In this document: piece by piece, positions 30,618 through 40,773 of the stretch
Numbering within the stretch: position 1 is the first letter of the stretch
Layout of the letters: each line of letters begins with the position of its first letter
Source: an uncultured delta proteobacterium
GTDB lineage: Bacteria; Myxococcota_A; Polyangia; Fen-1088
Length of the DNA stretch: 64,000 nt
NCBI GenBank assembly: GCA_963737265.1
Contig: CAVTRY010000012.1
Span: 224,001 to 288,000 of the forward strand
Direction: 5' to 3'
Notes under the pieces: generated by a model
The model's input: only the letters and a program-made list of their open reading frames with translations
What the model was told of the DNA's origin: nothing
Databases searched by the model: none
Position numbers and translations under genes: made by a program

Positions 30618-33284
30618 CTACTTGTAATTGGGGAACTGACGGCGCCAGGTGAAGTTGGGGGCCTCGTTGTGCGTGTGGAGGAGGCCGGTGTTTTCGCCGT
30701 GAGGAATGATGTCGTACTTCTGCGAGCCCCAGAAGTTCCCGAACGAAGGCTTGGCCTCGACTTCGATGTTCCAGCACGAGCTTGCATCGTAAATGTCCTC
30801 CAGCCCCCCCGCACTGCCGAAGCGGAAAGACATGAATCTGCCGGCTTTGGAACCAAATTGGAGCCAGGCCATAAACTCTCCGCTCTGTTCTATGAGCACG
30901 TCGAAAACATTCTGAGCAGGCACGATCGTCTTTGGGTCGGGGTTACTTTTCGGTTTGAAGCGGCCCGACTGCTGCGCAAGTGGAATCTTGACCCAAGGGT
31001 TCCCATCGTTGGCCGTTGCCTTTCCAAAGAGAACCACATCCATGTTCATCGCCAGTACGTCCGGGAAGTTCTCGTGGAAGGTGATCGTAATCGAGTGCCT
31101 TACATCGCCAGCGGTCGCCCGCTCGAAAGGCTCGACGGCAATCTCCTTGAACACCTGGTTCTTCATCACGTGCAGGTAATCCACCGCGACGGCCAACCTG
31201 GGCTTGGTTTGGTCGAGCGTGGAGTACACGGGCTCGATGCTGGTCACATTACCGCTGTCCGAGATGGTCACCATTGTGCCCGAGGGGCGGTCGCTGCCAT
31301 ATTCGCCGAACGTGGCGCCACCGCCATAGAACCCGTCGAAGTTGATGCGCGGGAGCGGACCCGCGGAATCCGACACGATGATAGGTGGGCGGCCATTGAT
31401 ACGAGGCGCTGGATTGACGACCCCGCTCGGACTCCGCATGCCGTAGGCCTCGGTTGGATAGCCTTTGTCGTCAGCCGCTCCAAGCAGGTACATACTCTTG
31501 CGGTGCGAGTGGCCGGAAAACCCGCATGCCGTGACTTTGCCGTCGGCCATCTGCTTGTACAGTTCGGATCGCCGCTTTTCGAAGGTGCCGAAGTCGTATT
31601 TGCCAAAGGGGGCTCCGCCGCGAAGGAGCCCAGTGCCACCGACATCCACGTGGCCCAGGGTCGGACCCTCGCCATAGGAAACACTCTCGACGTAGCTCAC
31701 GAAGGTGAAGTGGCTCATGAGTACGGTCTTCTTGCCCGCGGTTGCATCGGGCTTGGCTAGCGCGAGCTGCGCAGCGGTGACCGCCTCGTTGGCGCGCGGA
31801 AGGTGTCCCAACAGACCACCCTGGCCGAGCGACCCAGGCAGGCTCACCGATTCTTCGCTTTCGCCCCAGCCCAAGCCGGCGAGAAGAATCTTGGGCAGCT
31901 GCAGGTTGAAATCCAAGAAGGGGGTCAGGACGGCATAGAACCACTCGTAGTATTGCGGATCGAAGAGCTCCCCCAAGGCAACGCTGTCCCAAGATTCGCC
32001 GAAGGCCAGCATGGCCTCGTAAAAGGTCAGGTTGTGGTCGGCCGGGATGCCTTCGTTGGCCTTCTTCAAACCCAGAAGAAGCCTTGGCGAGATGCCGTAG
32101 ATGTGGTTCTTCTTGTAGCAATCGTGGTTTCCCGTCACCGCGAACGCCGGTTTGCCTTTGCTCGCGCAGAAGTTCCGGATCGCCGTGAAGAAGGCGATGT
32201 AGTCGACGTAGGATTGGTAGTTGCGTTTGTAGTTGTTGTCGACGTCGACCAGATCCCAGATGGCGGCGGCGCTTGGAGAGCGCAGCTTTTCCGCGCCGAC
32301 GCCGTTGTGATAGGGGAAGGCATTGTCGACGTGCTCGATAAGGTCGCCGCCGACGAGCAGCACGTCGATGCCCTTGTTGTCGAGGGCATCGAGGATCGAC
32401 AGAAATGAACGCTCGAAGGTGTTCATCATCGAGCCGATAACTGGCGATTCCGCGGTTCCGGATTCGGCATCGATCACGCGGGCGGGGCTTTTGGCCAAGA
32501 GCTTCTGCCGGGCGTTGATGTGGATATCGGTGACATGCCCGAGGTTGAGCATCTGCAAGGATCCTGCCGCGTACACATAGAGCGGGTGATAGGCCACGAT
32601 GCGCTGGTCGAGGTCGACCCGCGAGTAATCCACACCCTCGCCGTCGAGCTCGAATTCGTGCGTGCCGAAGCCGCCGCTGCCTTGCAGGGCCGGGCCGTTC
32701 AGGCGCTTAAAAACCTTGCGTATCTGGAGGTCCTGATATTCGGAATTCCCTGAACCGTCGTCCGCGCCAGGGCTGCCCGCTCCCTGCGAAGCTGCCGCCA
32801 GGCAAGACTCGTGTACCTGGATGGCGTAGAAACCGTCCAGCTCCTTGGGCAGCCAGTTGGAAACCGTGTCGTGCAGGACGCCACGAAAGATCCCCTTGGT
32901 CTTGAGCTGGCCGACTGCATCGCGCTCCACCGGCTCGACCGCGATCTTGCCCGTGGGATCGTCGAACAAATCGTCGTCCGTCACGCGTTTCTTGGCATCG
33001 AGGCCGGGCGCGAATTTGAGGTGGCGGTTTACGTCGTCGATGGCGAGGGCGGGCGACTTGGGCGCGGCCACCAGGAGCTCGATCATGCCCTTGTTCTCGC
33101 CGCGCACGTGCAGGTTGGGCGTCAGCAGCGAGGGAAACAGCACCACCGCCGGAATGTTCGGCCGCGTGTCGATGGTGTTGAGGTGCTCGGGGGCGACCTG
33201 GAATTTGCCCTGCGACGGATCGGGTCGCGACACGAACGAGAAGGCTCGCCACACCAGGTTGTAGATATCGGGTTTACTGGCCAT
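30618..33284 (-). CDS. Large calcineurin-like metallophosphoesterase, putative secreted effector (888 aa)
   Basis: TDIH, GGDLIE, GNHD, SH and GHSH motifs; no signal peptide. The effector role is inferred from context. Confidence 0.8.
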   Translation of the reverse strand: MASKPDIYNLVWRAFSFVSRPDPSQGKFQVAPEHLNTIDTRPNIPAVVLFPSLLTPNLHVRGENKGMIELLVAAPKSPALAIDDVNRHLKFAPGLDAKKRVTDDDLFDDPTGKIAVEPVERDAVGQLKTKGIFRGVLHDTVSNWLPKELDGFYAIQVHESCLAAASQGAGSPGADDGSGNSEYQDLQIRKVFKRLNGPALQGSGGFGTHEFELDGEGVDYSRVDLDQRIVAYHPLYVYAAGSLQMLNLGHVTDIHINARQKLLAKSPARVIDAESGTAESPVIGSMMNTFERSFLSILDALDNKGIDVLLVGGDLIEHVDNAFPYHNGVGAEKLRSPSAAAIWDLVDVDNNYKRNYQSYVDYIAFFTAIRNFCASKGKPAFAVTGNHDCYKKNHIYGISPRLLLGLKKANEGIPADHNLTFYEAMLAFGESWDSVALGELFDPQYYEWFYAVLTPFLDFNLQLPKILLAGLGWGESEESVSLPGSLGQGGLLGHLPRANEAVTAAQLALAKPDATAGKKTVLMSHFTFVSYVESVSYGEGPTLGHVDVGGTGLLRGGAPFGKYDFGTFEKRRSELYKQMADGKVTACGFSGHSHRKSMYLLGAADDKGYPTEAYGMRSPSGVVNPAPRINGRPPIIVSDSAGPLPRINFDGFYGGGATFGEYGSDRPSGTMVTISDSGNVTSIEPVYSTLDQTKPRLAVAVDYLHVMKNQVFKEIAVEPFERATAGDVRHSITITFHENFPDVLAMNMDVVLFGKATANDGNPWVKIPLAQQSGRFKPKSNPDPKTIVPAQNVFDVLIEQSGEFMAWLQFGSKAGRFMSFRFGSAGGLEDIYDASSCWNIEVEAKPSFGNFWGSQKYDIIPHGENTGLLHTHNEAPNFTWRRQFPNYK

Positions 33285-33293
33285 GTGTTTTTC

Positions 33294-33464
33294 CTAGCGG
33301 GTGGGGAAGCGGGCGCCCGGGCCATAGCTTAGCCCATCGGCTCGCACGACAAGGTCAGGGGCATAAGAAACTCGTCTGGCTTCGGCCAAGAAGACCGGGT
33401 CGATTAGCAGCCGCTGCTCTTCGTCGGTGAGGGGTGGTCGGGCGGAGGGATTGGGGGGCGCCAT
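33294..33464 (-). CDS. Small hypothetical protein (56 aa), absent from the ORF track
   Basis: AGGAGA SD, then MAPPNPSARPPLTDEEQRLLIDPVFLAEARRVSYAPDLVVRADGLSYGPGARFPTR*, filling the gap within the operon. Confidence 0.55.
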   Translation of the reverse strand: MAPPNPSARPPLTDEEQRLLIDPVFLAEARRVSYAPDLVVRADGLSYGPGARFPTR

Positions 33465-33497
33465 GGGTTCTCCTGCGGGCGGTTCGGCCGTGCCGGG

Positions 33498-34396
33498 TTA
33501 CCTGCCGTGGGCCGCGTGGAGTGCGGCGAGGAAGTCGTCATCGACCACGTCTTGGTCATCCAGCAGCTTGACCCAGCGGAAATGCGCGATGGCGGTGTGG
33601 GTGGCATCGTCGGCGTTTCCGTCGATCGGGCCCGTGTAGAAGCCGAGGTTCTGCAGGCGAGCTTGGATTCCCGCGGTGGTGTCGGACGGATCCAGTCCGC
33701 CCACGGCGAAATCGTAGGCAGCAAAGGGCTGGTCGGCGTCGCTGCCCGCGCGCGAAAGCTCGACGTGGACCTTGCTGGTATCGGGTGGCAAGTCGATTTC
33801 CAGTTTTCCGGTCGAAGGTAGCGTGCCTTCCACGGCGCCACCGGTGTCAGGGGTTGCCTTGAAGGTGACCGGGTTCTCCTCGCTGCACTTGACTCCGGCG
33901 AAGCGCACGCGCAGCACCTCGGACGCGCCCTGCACGACGTATTCAGCCGCGCCACCCGGGACCTCCGCCTCGCGCGCGAGCTTGCTCGGGATGGCGACCT
34001 TGTCGCCCGGCAAGAGGATGTGGGCGGTTCCGCGCAACTTGCGCAGGTCTTCGTTCTTCGCAAAATCCCAAATGGTTTGCCAACGAATGAAGCCATGCGC
34101 CCGAGCGATCGTGGGCAACCGGTCGCCTTGCTCGACCGTGTACTGCGACGCCTCGCTACGCTCGTCCTCGGCCAGATCGAGCGCGCCATCCCCGTCCCAG
34201 TCGGCGCCATCGAGGTCGGGGAAGGTCACCGTGAAGACGCCCGGTGAAGAGCTCGTCGCCCGAACAGCGCGTGGAGGGGACTGAGAGCCTCGTATTCACC
34301 CTCGCGACACAGCCGACTGGCATCGAGCCTGCCGACCAAGATGACCTTGTTCTCGATTTGCCAAAAAGGCGAGATGCCAAGCGAGGGGCCAAACAT
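33498..34396 (-). pseudogene. LysM + peptidoglycan-binding-domain protein whose shared N-terminal module is out of frame (deletion near 34263)
   Basis: YTVEQGD..TIA..G..WQTIW..LLPGDKVAIP (LysM) and GIQARLQNLGFYTGPIDG (PG-binding) in 33498-34229. The upstream ATG at 34396 encodes MFGPSLGISPFWQIENK, as in 41860. The 243-aa part could still be translated from the GTG. Confidence 0.78.
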
Positions 34397-34638
34397 GTGT
34401 GTCCTTTCACCTGCGCCGTCCGAGGTGTCTGCCCGGATAGCCAATGTTTCTAAACCACTAGGGCGCCTTGTGGATATTCATTTTAGACGCCATCTTCGTT
34501 CACCTGGATGATACGCTCGGGTACCCGAGTCCCCTCGTTTACTACTCGCGGGATGACGCGCAATCGATCGCAGTTTCGCTGCGACTCAATACCTTGGCCT
34601 GTACACCTGCACCGCCTTGTTCGGCATCATCCCGCGTC

Positions 34639-34667
34639 TTGACGTCAGAACGTTATGACGTCACAAT
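34639..34667 (+). promoter_or_regulatory. sigma70-type promoter with overlapping antitoxin operator
   Basis: TTGACG-17bp-CACAAT with two TGACGTCA palindromes (34640-34647, 34656-34663). Confidence 0.7.
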
Positions 34668-34674
34668 GTTTACC

Positions 34675-34905
34675 ATGGCACAGGCAAAGAGAGCCACCGT
34701 TCACTTGGAGCCGACACTACACCGCGCCCTTCGCGTCAAGGCCGCGGAGACGGATTTGTCGGTGTCTGAACTTGTGAACAACGCCGTTCGCGCAGGACTA
34801 GCTGAGGACGCCGAGGATCTGGAGGCGTTCCGAGCCCGGGCGAAGGAGCCCACGTCGTCCTTTGAGAAACTCGTCAGCGATCTGAAGCGACGTGGAAAGC
34901 CATAG
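34675..34905 (+). CDS. CopG/ribbon-helix-helix antitoxin
   Basis: KRATVHLEPTLHRALRVKAA...SVSELVN; overlaps the toxin. Confidence 0.82.
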   Translation: MAQAKRATVHLEPTLHRALRVKAAETDLSVSELVNNAVRAGLAEDAEDLEAFRARAKEPTSSFEKLVSDLKRRGKP

Positions 34906-35149
34906 ACTCGAAGTCAAGCCTTCGGCTGCCAGGGAGATCGGAGATCTGCGGAAGGCCGACTGCCAGCGTGTTGTCGCGAAGATTCAACTGCTCGCGAGCA
35001 ACCCACGACCCAAGGGCTGCGAGAGACTGAGCGGCGCGGAGAAGTACCGCATTCGCCAAGGGGACTACCGCATTCTCTACGAAATCGACGACTCGATGAA
35101 ATTGGTGACCATAGTGAAGGTCGGCAACCGGCGAGAAGTCTACCGCTGA
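34892..35149 (+). CDS. RelE/ParE family toxin
   Basis: LASNPRPKGCERL..YRIRQGDYRILYEIDD..VGNRREVYR. Confidence 0.92.
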   Translation: MESHRLEVKPSAAREIGDLRKADCQRVVAKIQLLASNPRPKGCERLSGAEKYRIRQGDYRILYEIDDSMKLVTIVKVGNRREVYR

Positions 35150-36589
35150 ACCACCCGCTGTCTGCCGAACGCCTTGATCGGCATAGGGGCCTCGACAGAT
35201 CGCTAAATACTCTGCCAAGATCTCGCGCCGTGCGCTTGGGGTCATCTGTGGAGCTGGGGGCTCGACCGAGGAGTTGCTGGAGCTGCTGTGTCCTTCCGGC
35301 ACGCGTGCGCAGGCGCCGGGTTGATGCCAGCGTAGGGTTGGCGGCCGACTCGGGGGGGGGCGCTGGCGCCTGGCACTGCAGTCAGGTTGAGGTCGGATCG
35401 AGCGTGGCTAGGCCCTGGCGGTAGTTCCATGGCATCCAGGCGGCCGGCTCGTCGGCGGCTGCCTCTGGATGGCGGAGGATCTCGACCAGGTAGGGAAACG
35501 GCTGGACACCGCAGAGCTCGGCCGTGTGAATCAGGCTCATGAAGATGTCGCCGACGTGCGCGCCGTGCTCGGTCTTGAAGAAGTACGAGTTCTTCCGATG
35601 CAGGATCGCCTTCTTCAAAATTCTCTCGCAAATATTGTTATCCAGTGGGGCGCCGGCCACGCGCAGAAAGAGGGTGAGCTTGAGCCAGTGCTTCTGCATG
35701 TACTCGATGGCCTCGCCGAGGCCAGAATTGGGCTCGGTCTTGCGCTCTTCGAACTGCGCCTTCATCCAATCCTCGAGCGACTTCATGTGCGGGGCGCTTT
35801 CGGCCTGGTGAAAGGCCAGTCGATCCTCGGTGGACAGGCCTCGCTGACGAGCGAGCTGGTCGTTGTGGTAGACCCCGCGCAGGGTTTCTAGGACGAAACG
35901 ACACTCCTCGGGAAAGTCGTCGACGACATCGACATAGCGGCGACGTGCGTGGCTGAGGCAATTAGCCAGGATGGTTTGCATTGCTGGTGAGGTATTTGCG
36001 GCGAGGGCGTCGCACATCTGAATGGGGGGGCCCAATTCCTGCGAGCGTCGGGCCAGGACATCGGCGATGTTCTCGCCAGCGTGCTTGCGCCCGGTAAAAA
36101 ACAGGGCAACACGATGGTCATCGACGACGGACACGATGCCCGAGGTATACATGCCCGTGCGGTCAGGCACATCCGGGCTGGCATCGGGGCCTGCTCTTTT
36201 CCCCACCCGGGTTGTGTTCTCGTCGGGCTTCTCCTTCTCCTTCTCCTCTTCGGCCTGGGCCATCAGCTCGAGGATCTTGGCCGGCGTATCGTCATTGTGC
36301 AGGACCGATCCCTGTGCGCCCTGGTTGATGAGTTCACTGTAGACCGGCTCAAGCCGGTCGGCCGCGCGCTCGACGATTTCCCACTGCGTGGCCGCAGGCA
36401 ACGGAACGCCCATGTTGGCCTGCAACCGTTCGAGGCGATTGAACGGCAGGCCTGCCCCATACTTGACGGTGCCGACCATCGCAGCCGCCGTCTCGTCGTA
36501 CTTCGCGCTGCCAACGCCGTCGGGCGCCGGGGCGGTAAAGACTTCGCCACAGAGATTGCAGCGCAGACGATCCAGCTCGTGCACGGTGA

Positions 36590-37877
36590 CAGGGTCATCG
36601 CATCATCCGACATCGGGTTGGGCCATGAGGACTTGCAGAATGAAGTCCTGATCCCATGCCGCGCGCATTCGGCGAAGCCTGATGCTGAGCTTGCAGTCTT
36701 TGACTGATTTGAGGAGGTTGAGTGAGATGTGGCGCATCACTGCAAAGTTCTGGGCGGCGTTGCCGGCGCGAACACGGCATTCGTCCTCACGGAAAGTGAC
36801 GTCGAGAACCCAGTGCAATTCATTTTCGATTCCCCAGTGCTTCCGAGCGGCGTCGAGAGCGGCATCTGCTGGGAGGTTCTTTCGCGAACTGATGTAGTAG
36901 CGGCACTCGGTTGAAGTGTGCCCCGAGACCGTGCGCTCGGACTCGATCAATACCAAGCTGCTCAGACCCGTCCATTCCTGGTACTGGGAGATGCTCTCGA
37001 CCATGTTTGTGGTCCAGCACCGGCGAACCTCGGTTCGTCCGTGCCCAACATCGCGTGTCTCGTGAAAATCCACGTCCAATCCCGTCGGGTCGCGACGACA
37101 ATGCGCGAAGATTGTCGTCACTTCAGCGCTGAGCGTGGGTTGGTTCTCCTTCACCGCGAGCAGGTAATCCGCGTCGGCGTCCTGGATATCTGCGGTGATC
37201 TGCTTCTGGCAGCCCATCGCATCGATAGTTACTAGACAGCCCTTGATCTTCAGGAGCTTGAGCAACCGCGGAATGGCAGTGATCTCGTTGGATTTCTCCT
37301 CTGTCTTGACCTGCCCAAGAACCACGTGGTTGTTGGTGGCCCAGGCACTAACCATGTGGACGAAAGCGTGGCTGCCGGCCTCTTGGAAGGATCGTCGCAG
37401 CGTCTTGCCGTCGATGGCCACGACCTCGCCTTTCGTGAGTCGCGCCACGCTCAAGATCCACTGCCGGAACCTCTCAGCCAGGGCATCTGGATTCAGGGCT
37501 GCAAACACCCTCCCGATGGTGTCGTGTGTGGGAATCCCGCCGCGCAGACCGATAAACGTTCGTAACCAGGCTTCTCTTGCCCGCCCATAGGTCTCGATAG
37601 CACAGAAGGAGTCAGCACCACAGACCACGGCACACAACGATAGCATCAGGATGTCCGTCAGCGCGTGGTGCCGCGTCCGCTCCACCCGCGGATCCGGCAC
37701 CGACGCGAAGTACTCCAGGATCGATGCCGCCAGCTCTTCCTTTTCTCGTTCCGCCACGGTTGTTCGCTTCATGACTTACGAACAAGCCACGATATCGCCC
37801 TTCAATCAAAAAACGTTCCTCTCTGGTGCGCCGGCTATACCACGAAGATCGTTCGGGATTTAGATGCGATGACCCTG
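36590..37877 (-). mobile_element. ISAs1 family insertion sequence, copy 2 (inverted relative to copy 1)
   Basis: Same TIRs; flanks are an imperfect duplication GTGCACGGTGA / GTGCATGGTGG. Confidence 0.95.
36603..37772 (-). CDS. ISAs1 family transposase
   Basis: Same 389-aa translation as 27703-28872. Confidence 0.96.
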   Translation of the reverse strand: MKRTTVAEREKEELAASILEYFASVPDPRVERTRHHALTDILMLSLCAVVCGADSFCAIETYGRAREAWLRTFIGLRGGIPTHDTIGRVFAALNPDALAERFRQWILSVARLTKGEVVAIDGKTLRRSFQEAGSHAFVHMVSAWATNNHVVLGQVKTEEKSNEITAIPRLLKLLKIKGCLVTIDAMGCQKQITADIQDADADYLLAVKENQPTLSAEVTTIFAHCRRDPTGLDVDFHETRDVGHGRTEVRRCWTTNMVESISQYQEWTGLSSLVLIESERTVSGHTSTECRYYISSRKNLPADAALDAARKHWGIENELHWVLDVTFREDECRVRAGNAAQNFAVMRHISLNLLKSVKDCKLSIRLRRMRAAWDQDFILQVLMAQPDVG

Positions 37878-38419
37878 GTGCATGGTGGCGGACAATGGCG
37901 CCATGCCCACAATGCGCACGATCACTGCTGGTTCGGCCATCGTGTAGACCTTGCCTTTGAAACACGCGGGGCACGAATCGCCCTTCTTGAGCGACGGGTG
38001 CGCTACCTTGATCCTTTTCGCTCCCGTGTAGCTGGCGGCGCCGTTGCGGCCATGCCCTGCCGTCGCCGGCTTCTCCCGATTGCCGGTTGCTTTGCCTTCC
38101 TCGTCGCTGCTCCCAGTGGCCGATGTCCCCGCCGTATCAGATCCCGGCGGAGGATCTTTTGGGGGTTCGTCGCCAAGCACCTTGCCGGTCTTCTCGGTGG
38201 GTGCCCCGAACAGCATGTGCCGCAGTCGCTGCAACGAAGCGCCCTTTGCCTCGAGTTCCTGCGTGAGAAAGGCAAGCGTGTCCACCGCGCTCTTGAGGGC
38301 TTCGTAGTCCGCCGGGCTCAAAGCTCCCCGTGTTTGCTCTACAATCGCATTGAGCTCTTCACGCCGCAGTTGTTGCCTTTGCGGTTTCTGGCGCTGCTTG
38401 TGTCGCTGCTTGTGTTCTT

Positions 38420-39286
38420 TCATGGTGCCCCCGACAGTAGTGCGCGAAAGTTCTTCACTAGCGCGAGCCCAAGCACATCCTTGATTGGGCGATTTTGCTT
38501 ATGCGTGTGGTCGTCTTTTCCTCGGCCCGTGGTGCGACCGAGCAGAACCCAGTTGGCCGCTCGATAGCACGTGCCACGAAATCGTTCCGCATGAACGAAC
38601 GTCTCCACGAAGTGAATCGGGTGACTGTAGACACGCACCCATTCGTCGGACAACAGCCTCGTCATTCGCCCCAGCAGGTGCGACGCCAGGTATGGAACCA
38701 CCACCCACGGCATGATCAGAAAACGACTATTGTAGGCCACAAACCCAATGTTCTTTCGCCGCCACTCCGCCGACCACCCGATGTAGCGGTCGCGTGGGCC
38801 CAGGTGCCGCGGCGCCGAACTCCACGCGAAGGCCGCCACTGGCCGCTGCCCCGCCAACACCAGATACTTGAGGTGCTCGCCCACCGGCTGCGTGTAGCCC
38901 AGGTAGTGGTGCGCCTCCATCAGTCCGTTGAACGTCGTTTCCTCGTGGCTGCGCCGCACTTGCCGAAACTCCAGCAGGCCTAGTTCCGCCAAGCTCATCC
39001 GCAGTGGCGTCCGATCAATCTCCACGGACGCAGGCCGCGCCCGGCGGGCCAGCGGGTTGCGCGGCACCATGCGCACCGCAGGTAGCTCAATATGCCCGGC
39101 GCGATGTAGTGCCAGCATCAGGCCCCGGCACACCATGTCCCGAGGCCGACCGTTCGCCTGGGTCCAGCCCCACGCCGCGCACAGCTTCTCCGACAGCCGG
39201 CGGCGGCTCGCCTCCGCATGCTCCGCGATGAGGCTGCGAATGAACTCAACATCCGCCGCGGTCACCGCGCGTCCTCGGTGGGTCAA
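38420..39286 (-). CDS. DUF4338 (DruA-like) protein inside IS66
   Basis: SRRRLSEKLC..W.Q.NG, HHYLGY, RDRYIGW, NSRFLIMPW, ETFV..RFRGTCYRAANW..GRT.GRG. Confidence 0.82.
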   Translation of the reverse strand: MTHRGRAVTAADVEFIRSLIAEHAEASRRRLSEKLCAAWGWTQANGRPRDMVCRGLMLALHRAGHIELPAVRMVPRNPLARRARPASVEIDRTPLRMSLAELGLLEFRQVRRSHEETTFNGLMEAHHYLGYTQPVGEHLKYLVLAGQRPVAAFAWSSAPRHLGPRDRYIGWSAEWRRKNIGFVAYNSRFLIMPWVVVPYLASHLLGRMTRLLSDEWVRVYSHPIHFVETFVHAERFRGTCYRAANWVLLGRTTGRGKDDHTHKQNRPIKDVLGLALVKNFRALLSGAP

Positions 39287-39350
39287 CAGGGTTTCGATGC
39301 GGACCTACGTACCAGAGCGGACCCTGGAACGCAAGCTCTTTTCTCGCCGA

Positions 39351-39713
39351 CTATCTTGCCGGCCCGACCTGCCGCCACACCGGCGCTGCCTGCGTCGCCG
39401 ACGGATCGCCGCCAAACAGCAAGACCTGCAGCTCATGCGCTTGCAGCGTCGTCGCGACCGCGCCATCGGCCGAGGGCCACCAGCGGAATTGCCCCTGGGT
39501 CAGTCGCTTCTGACACAGCCAGAATCCCTGCCCATCGTAGACCAGCAGCTTCACGGACTTTCGCCGACGGCTGCGGAAAACAAAGACCGTGCCCCCCAGC
39601 GGATCCGCGGCCAGGCGCTCGCGGCAGACCTGTGCGAGCCCATCCATGCCGCGGCGAAAATCGACGGGCTCCACCGCGACCAACACGCGCATCTGTGGCG
39701 TTATCTGGATCAT
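39351..39713 (-). CDS. tnpB: IS66 accessory protein TnpB
   Basis: PVDFRRGMDGL, VFVFRSRR, YDGQGFWLCQKRL..G.F.W. Confidence 0.93.
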   Translation of the reverse strand: MIQITPQMRVLVAVEPVDFRRGMDGLAQVCRERLAADPLGGTVFVFRSRRRKSVKLLVYDGQGFWLCQKRLTQGQFRWWPSADGAVATTLQAHELQVLLFGGDPSATQAAPVWRQVGPAR

Positions 39714-39715
39714 TC

Positions 39716-40231
39716 CTAGCCTCGGCCGAACGCCGCCAAGATTCCCGCCACGTCGACAGCCATCCCAGCTCCAAGCCGCAATGTCAGTCGCCGACCCTCA
39801 CCGTCTGCTATCTCGATAACCGTGCCGCAGACATCTGGCGGGTGCCCCGCCACTCGAATTTGTCCAATCTCGACGAAGCCCACACGCTCGTCGCTGCGGG
39901 CATTGGCGCGCTTGCCAGCCGCACCCGCCGCCGCCGTCGTCCCCCCGCCTAAATCTGCCTTGGAACTCACGTGCGCAGCCCCTGCAGCACGGACTTGGCC
40001 CTTCAGCGACTCGTACGGCAACCCAACTGCGCGTGCCGTCCGATACGCCCCGAGCCGCTTCGCCAGCCAAATCGCATCCACCCATAATTCCGCAGGCACC
40101 CGCGTCCGCCGCACCCGCGTCCGTCGCCACTCCTCGACCCGCCGTCGTAGCTCCTCGATCCGCTTCGCCTCCGAGGCCGCCGTCTGAGGTGTTTCGCCTT
40201 TCTCGATCCGCTCCGTGTCCATGCCGCCCAC
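39716..40231 (-). CDS. IS66 TnpA-like protein
   Basis: WRRTR..RVPAELW..A helix-turn-helix-like region and GFVEI; first ORF of the element. Confidence 0.75.
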   Translation of the reverse strand: MGGMDTERIEKGETPQTAASEAKRIEELRRRVEEWRRTRVRRTRVPAELWVDAIWLAKRLGAYRTARAVGLPYESLKGQVRAAGAAHVSSKADLGGGTTAAAGAAGKRANARSDERVGFVEIGQIRVAGHPPDVCGTVIEIADGEGRRLTLRLGAGMAVDVAGILAAFGRG

Positions 40232-40336
40232 GGTACCCGGCCTCCCACCATCGAGTCATACACGCTTACCGGAAGGACACGAGCTGCTGCGCGAAGGGCG
40301 TCGCATGGGTGGGTCGAAGGAGCCGCCGAAGGGGCT

Positions 40337-40759
40337 GTGAGACTCCTGCTCGATGCCAACGTGCTCGTGTTCGCCCTGAATGACACTGGTGGTGTGCGTG
40401 GGCGATTGAACGACGCCCAGGCGTCCGGAGACTGGATTCTCACCAGCGCGGTAGTTGTGGGCGAGCTTGCCTTCGGCGCATCGGCTTCGGCCAGACCGGA
40501 ACAGAACCATACCCGCCTCCGCGCGATGCTGGCGAGAATGGAAGTGCTTCCGTTCACCGAAAGTGCCGCCCAGAAGTTTGGCGAAATCAAGGCAGCACTC
40601 CGCGCGCGTGGACTCGCCAAGAGCGACGCAGATCTGCAGATCGCTGCAAGGGCTATCGTTGAAGACGCCACGCTCGTCACCGATGACCGAGCGCTACTTG
40701 ACGAATCCATCGCGAATCTCAAGGCGGTGAACTGGGTGGTGCGAAGCCAGCGGACCTGA
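40337..40759 (+). CDS. VapC/PIN toxin
   Basis: LLDANVL, ELAFGA, DLQIAARA, LVTDD. Confidence 0.88.
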   Translation: MRLLLDANVLVFALNDTGGVRGRLNDAQASGDWILTSAVVVGELAFGASASARPEQNHTRLRAMLARMEVLPFTESAAQKFGEIKAALRARGLAKSDADLQIAARAIVEDATLVTDDRALLDESIANLKAVNWVVRSQRT

Positions 40760-40773
40760 GGCAGACTGGGAAT

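Larger units (their letters stand above)
35382..38423 (-). pseudogene. tnpC: IS66 TnpC transposase, split by ISAs1
   Basis: N-part 37878-38423 (LRHMLFGAPTEK, CPAC); C-part with CNLC, HNDDT, CLSHARR, LDNNICER. Confidence 0.9.
35288..40280 (-). mobile_element. IS66 family element with an extra DUF4338 ORF, carrying a nested ISAs1
   Basis: TIR GTGTCCTTCCGG(CAC/TAA)GCGTG at both ends; 8-bp TSD GAGCTGCT (35280-35287, 40281-40288). Confidence 0.92.

Noticed and set aside
38420-39286. Druantia anti-phage system
   Set aside because: Only a DUF4338-like ORF inside IS66; no DruE helicase or other dru genes.
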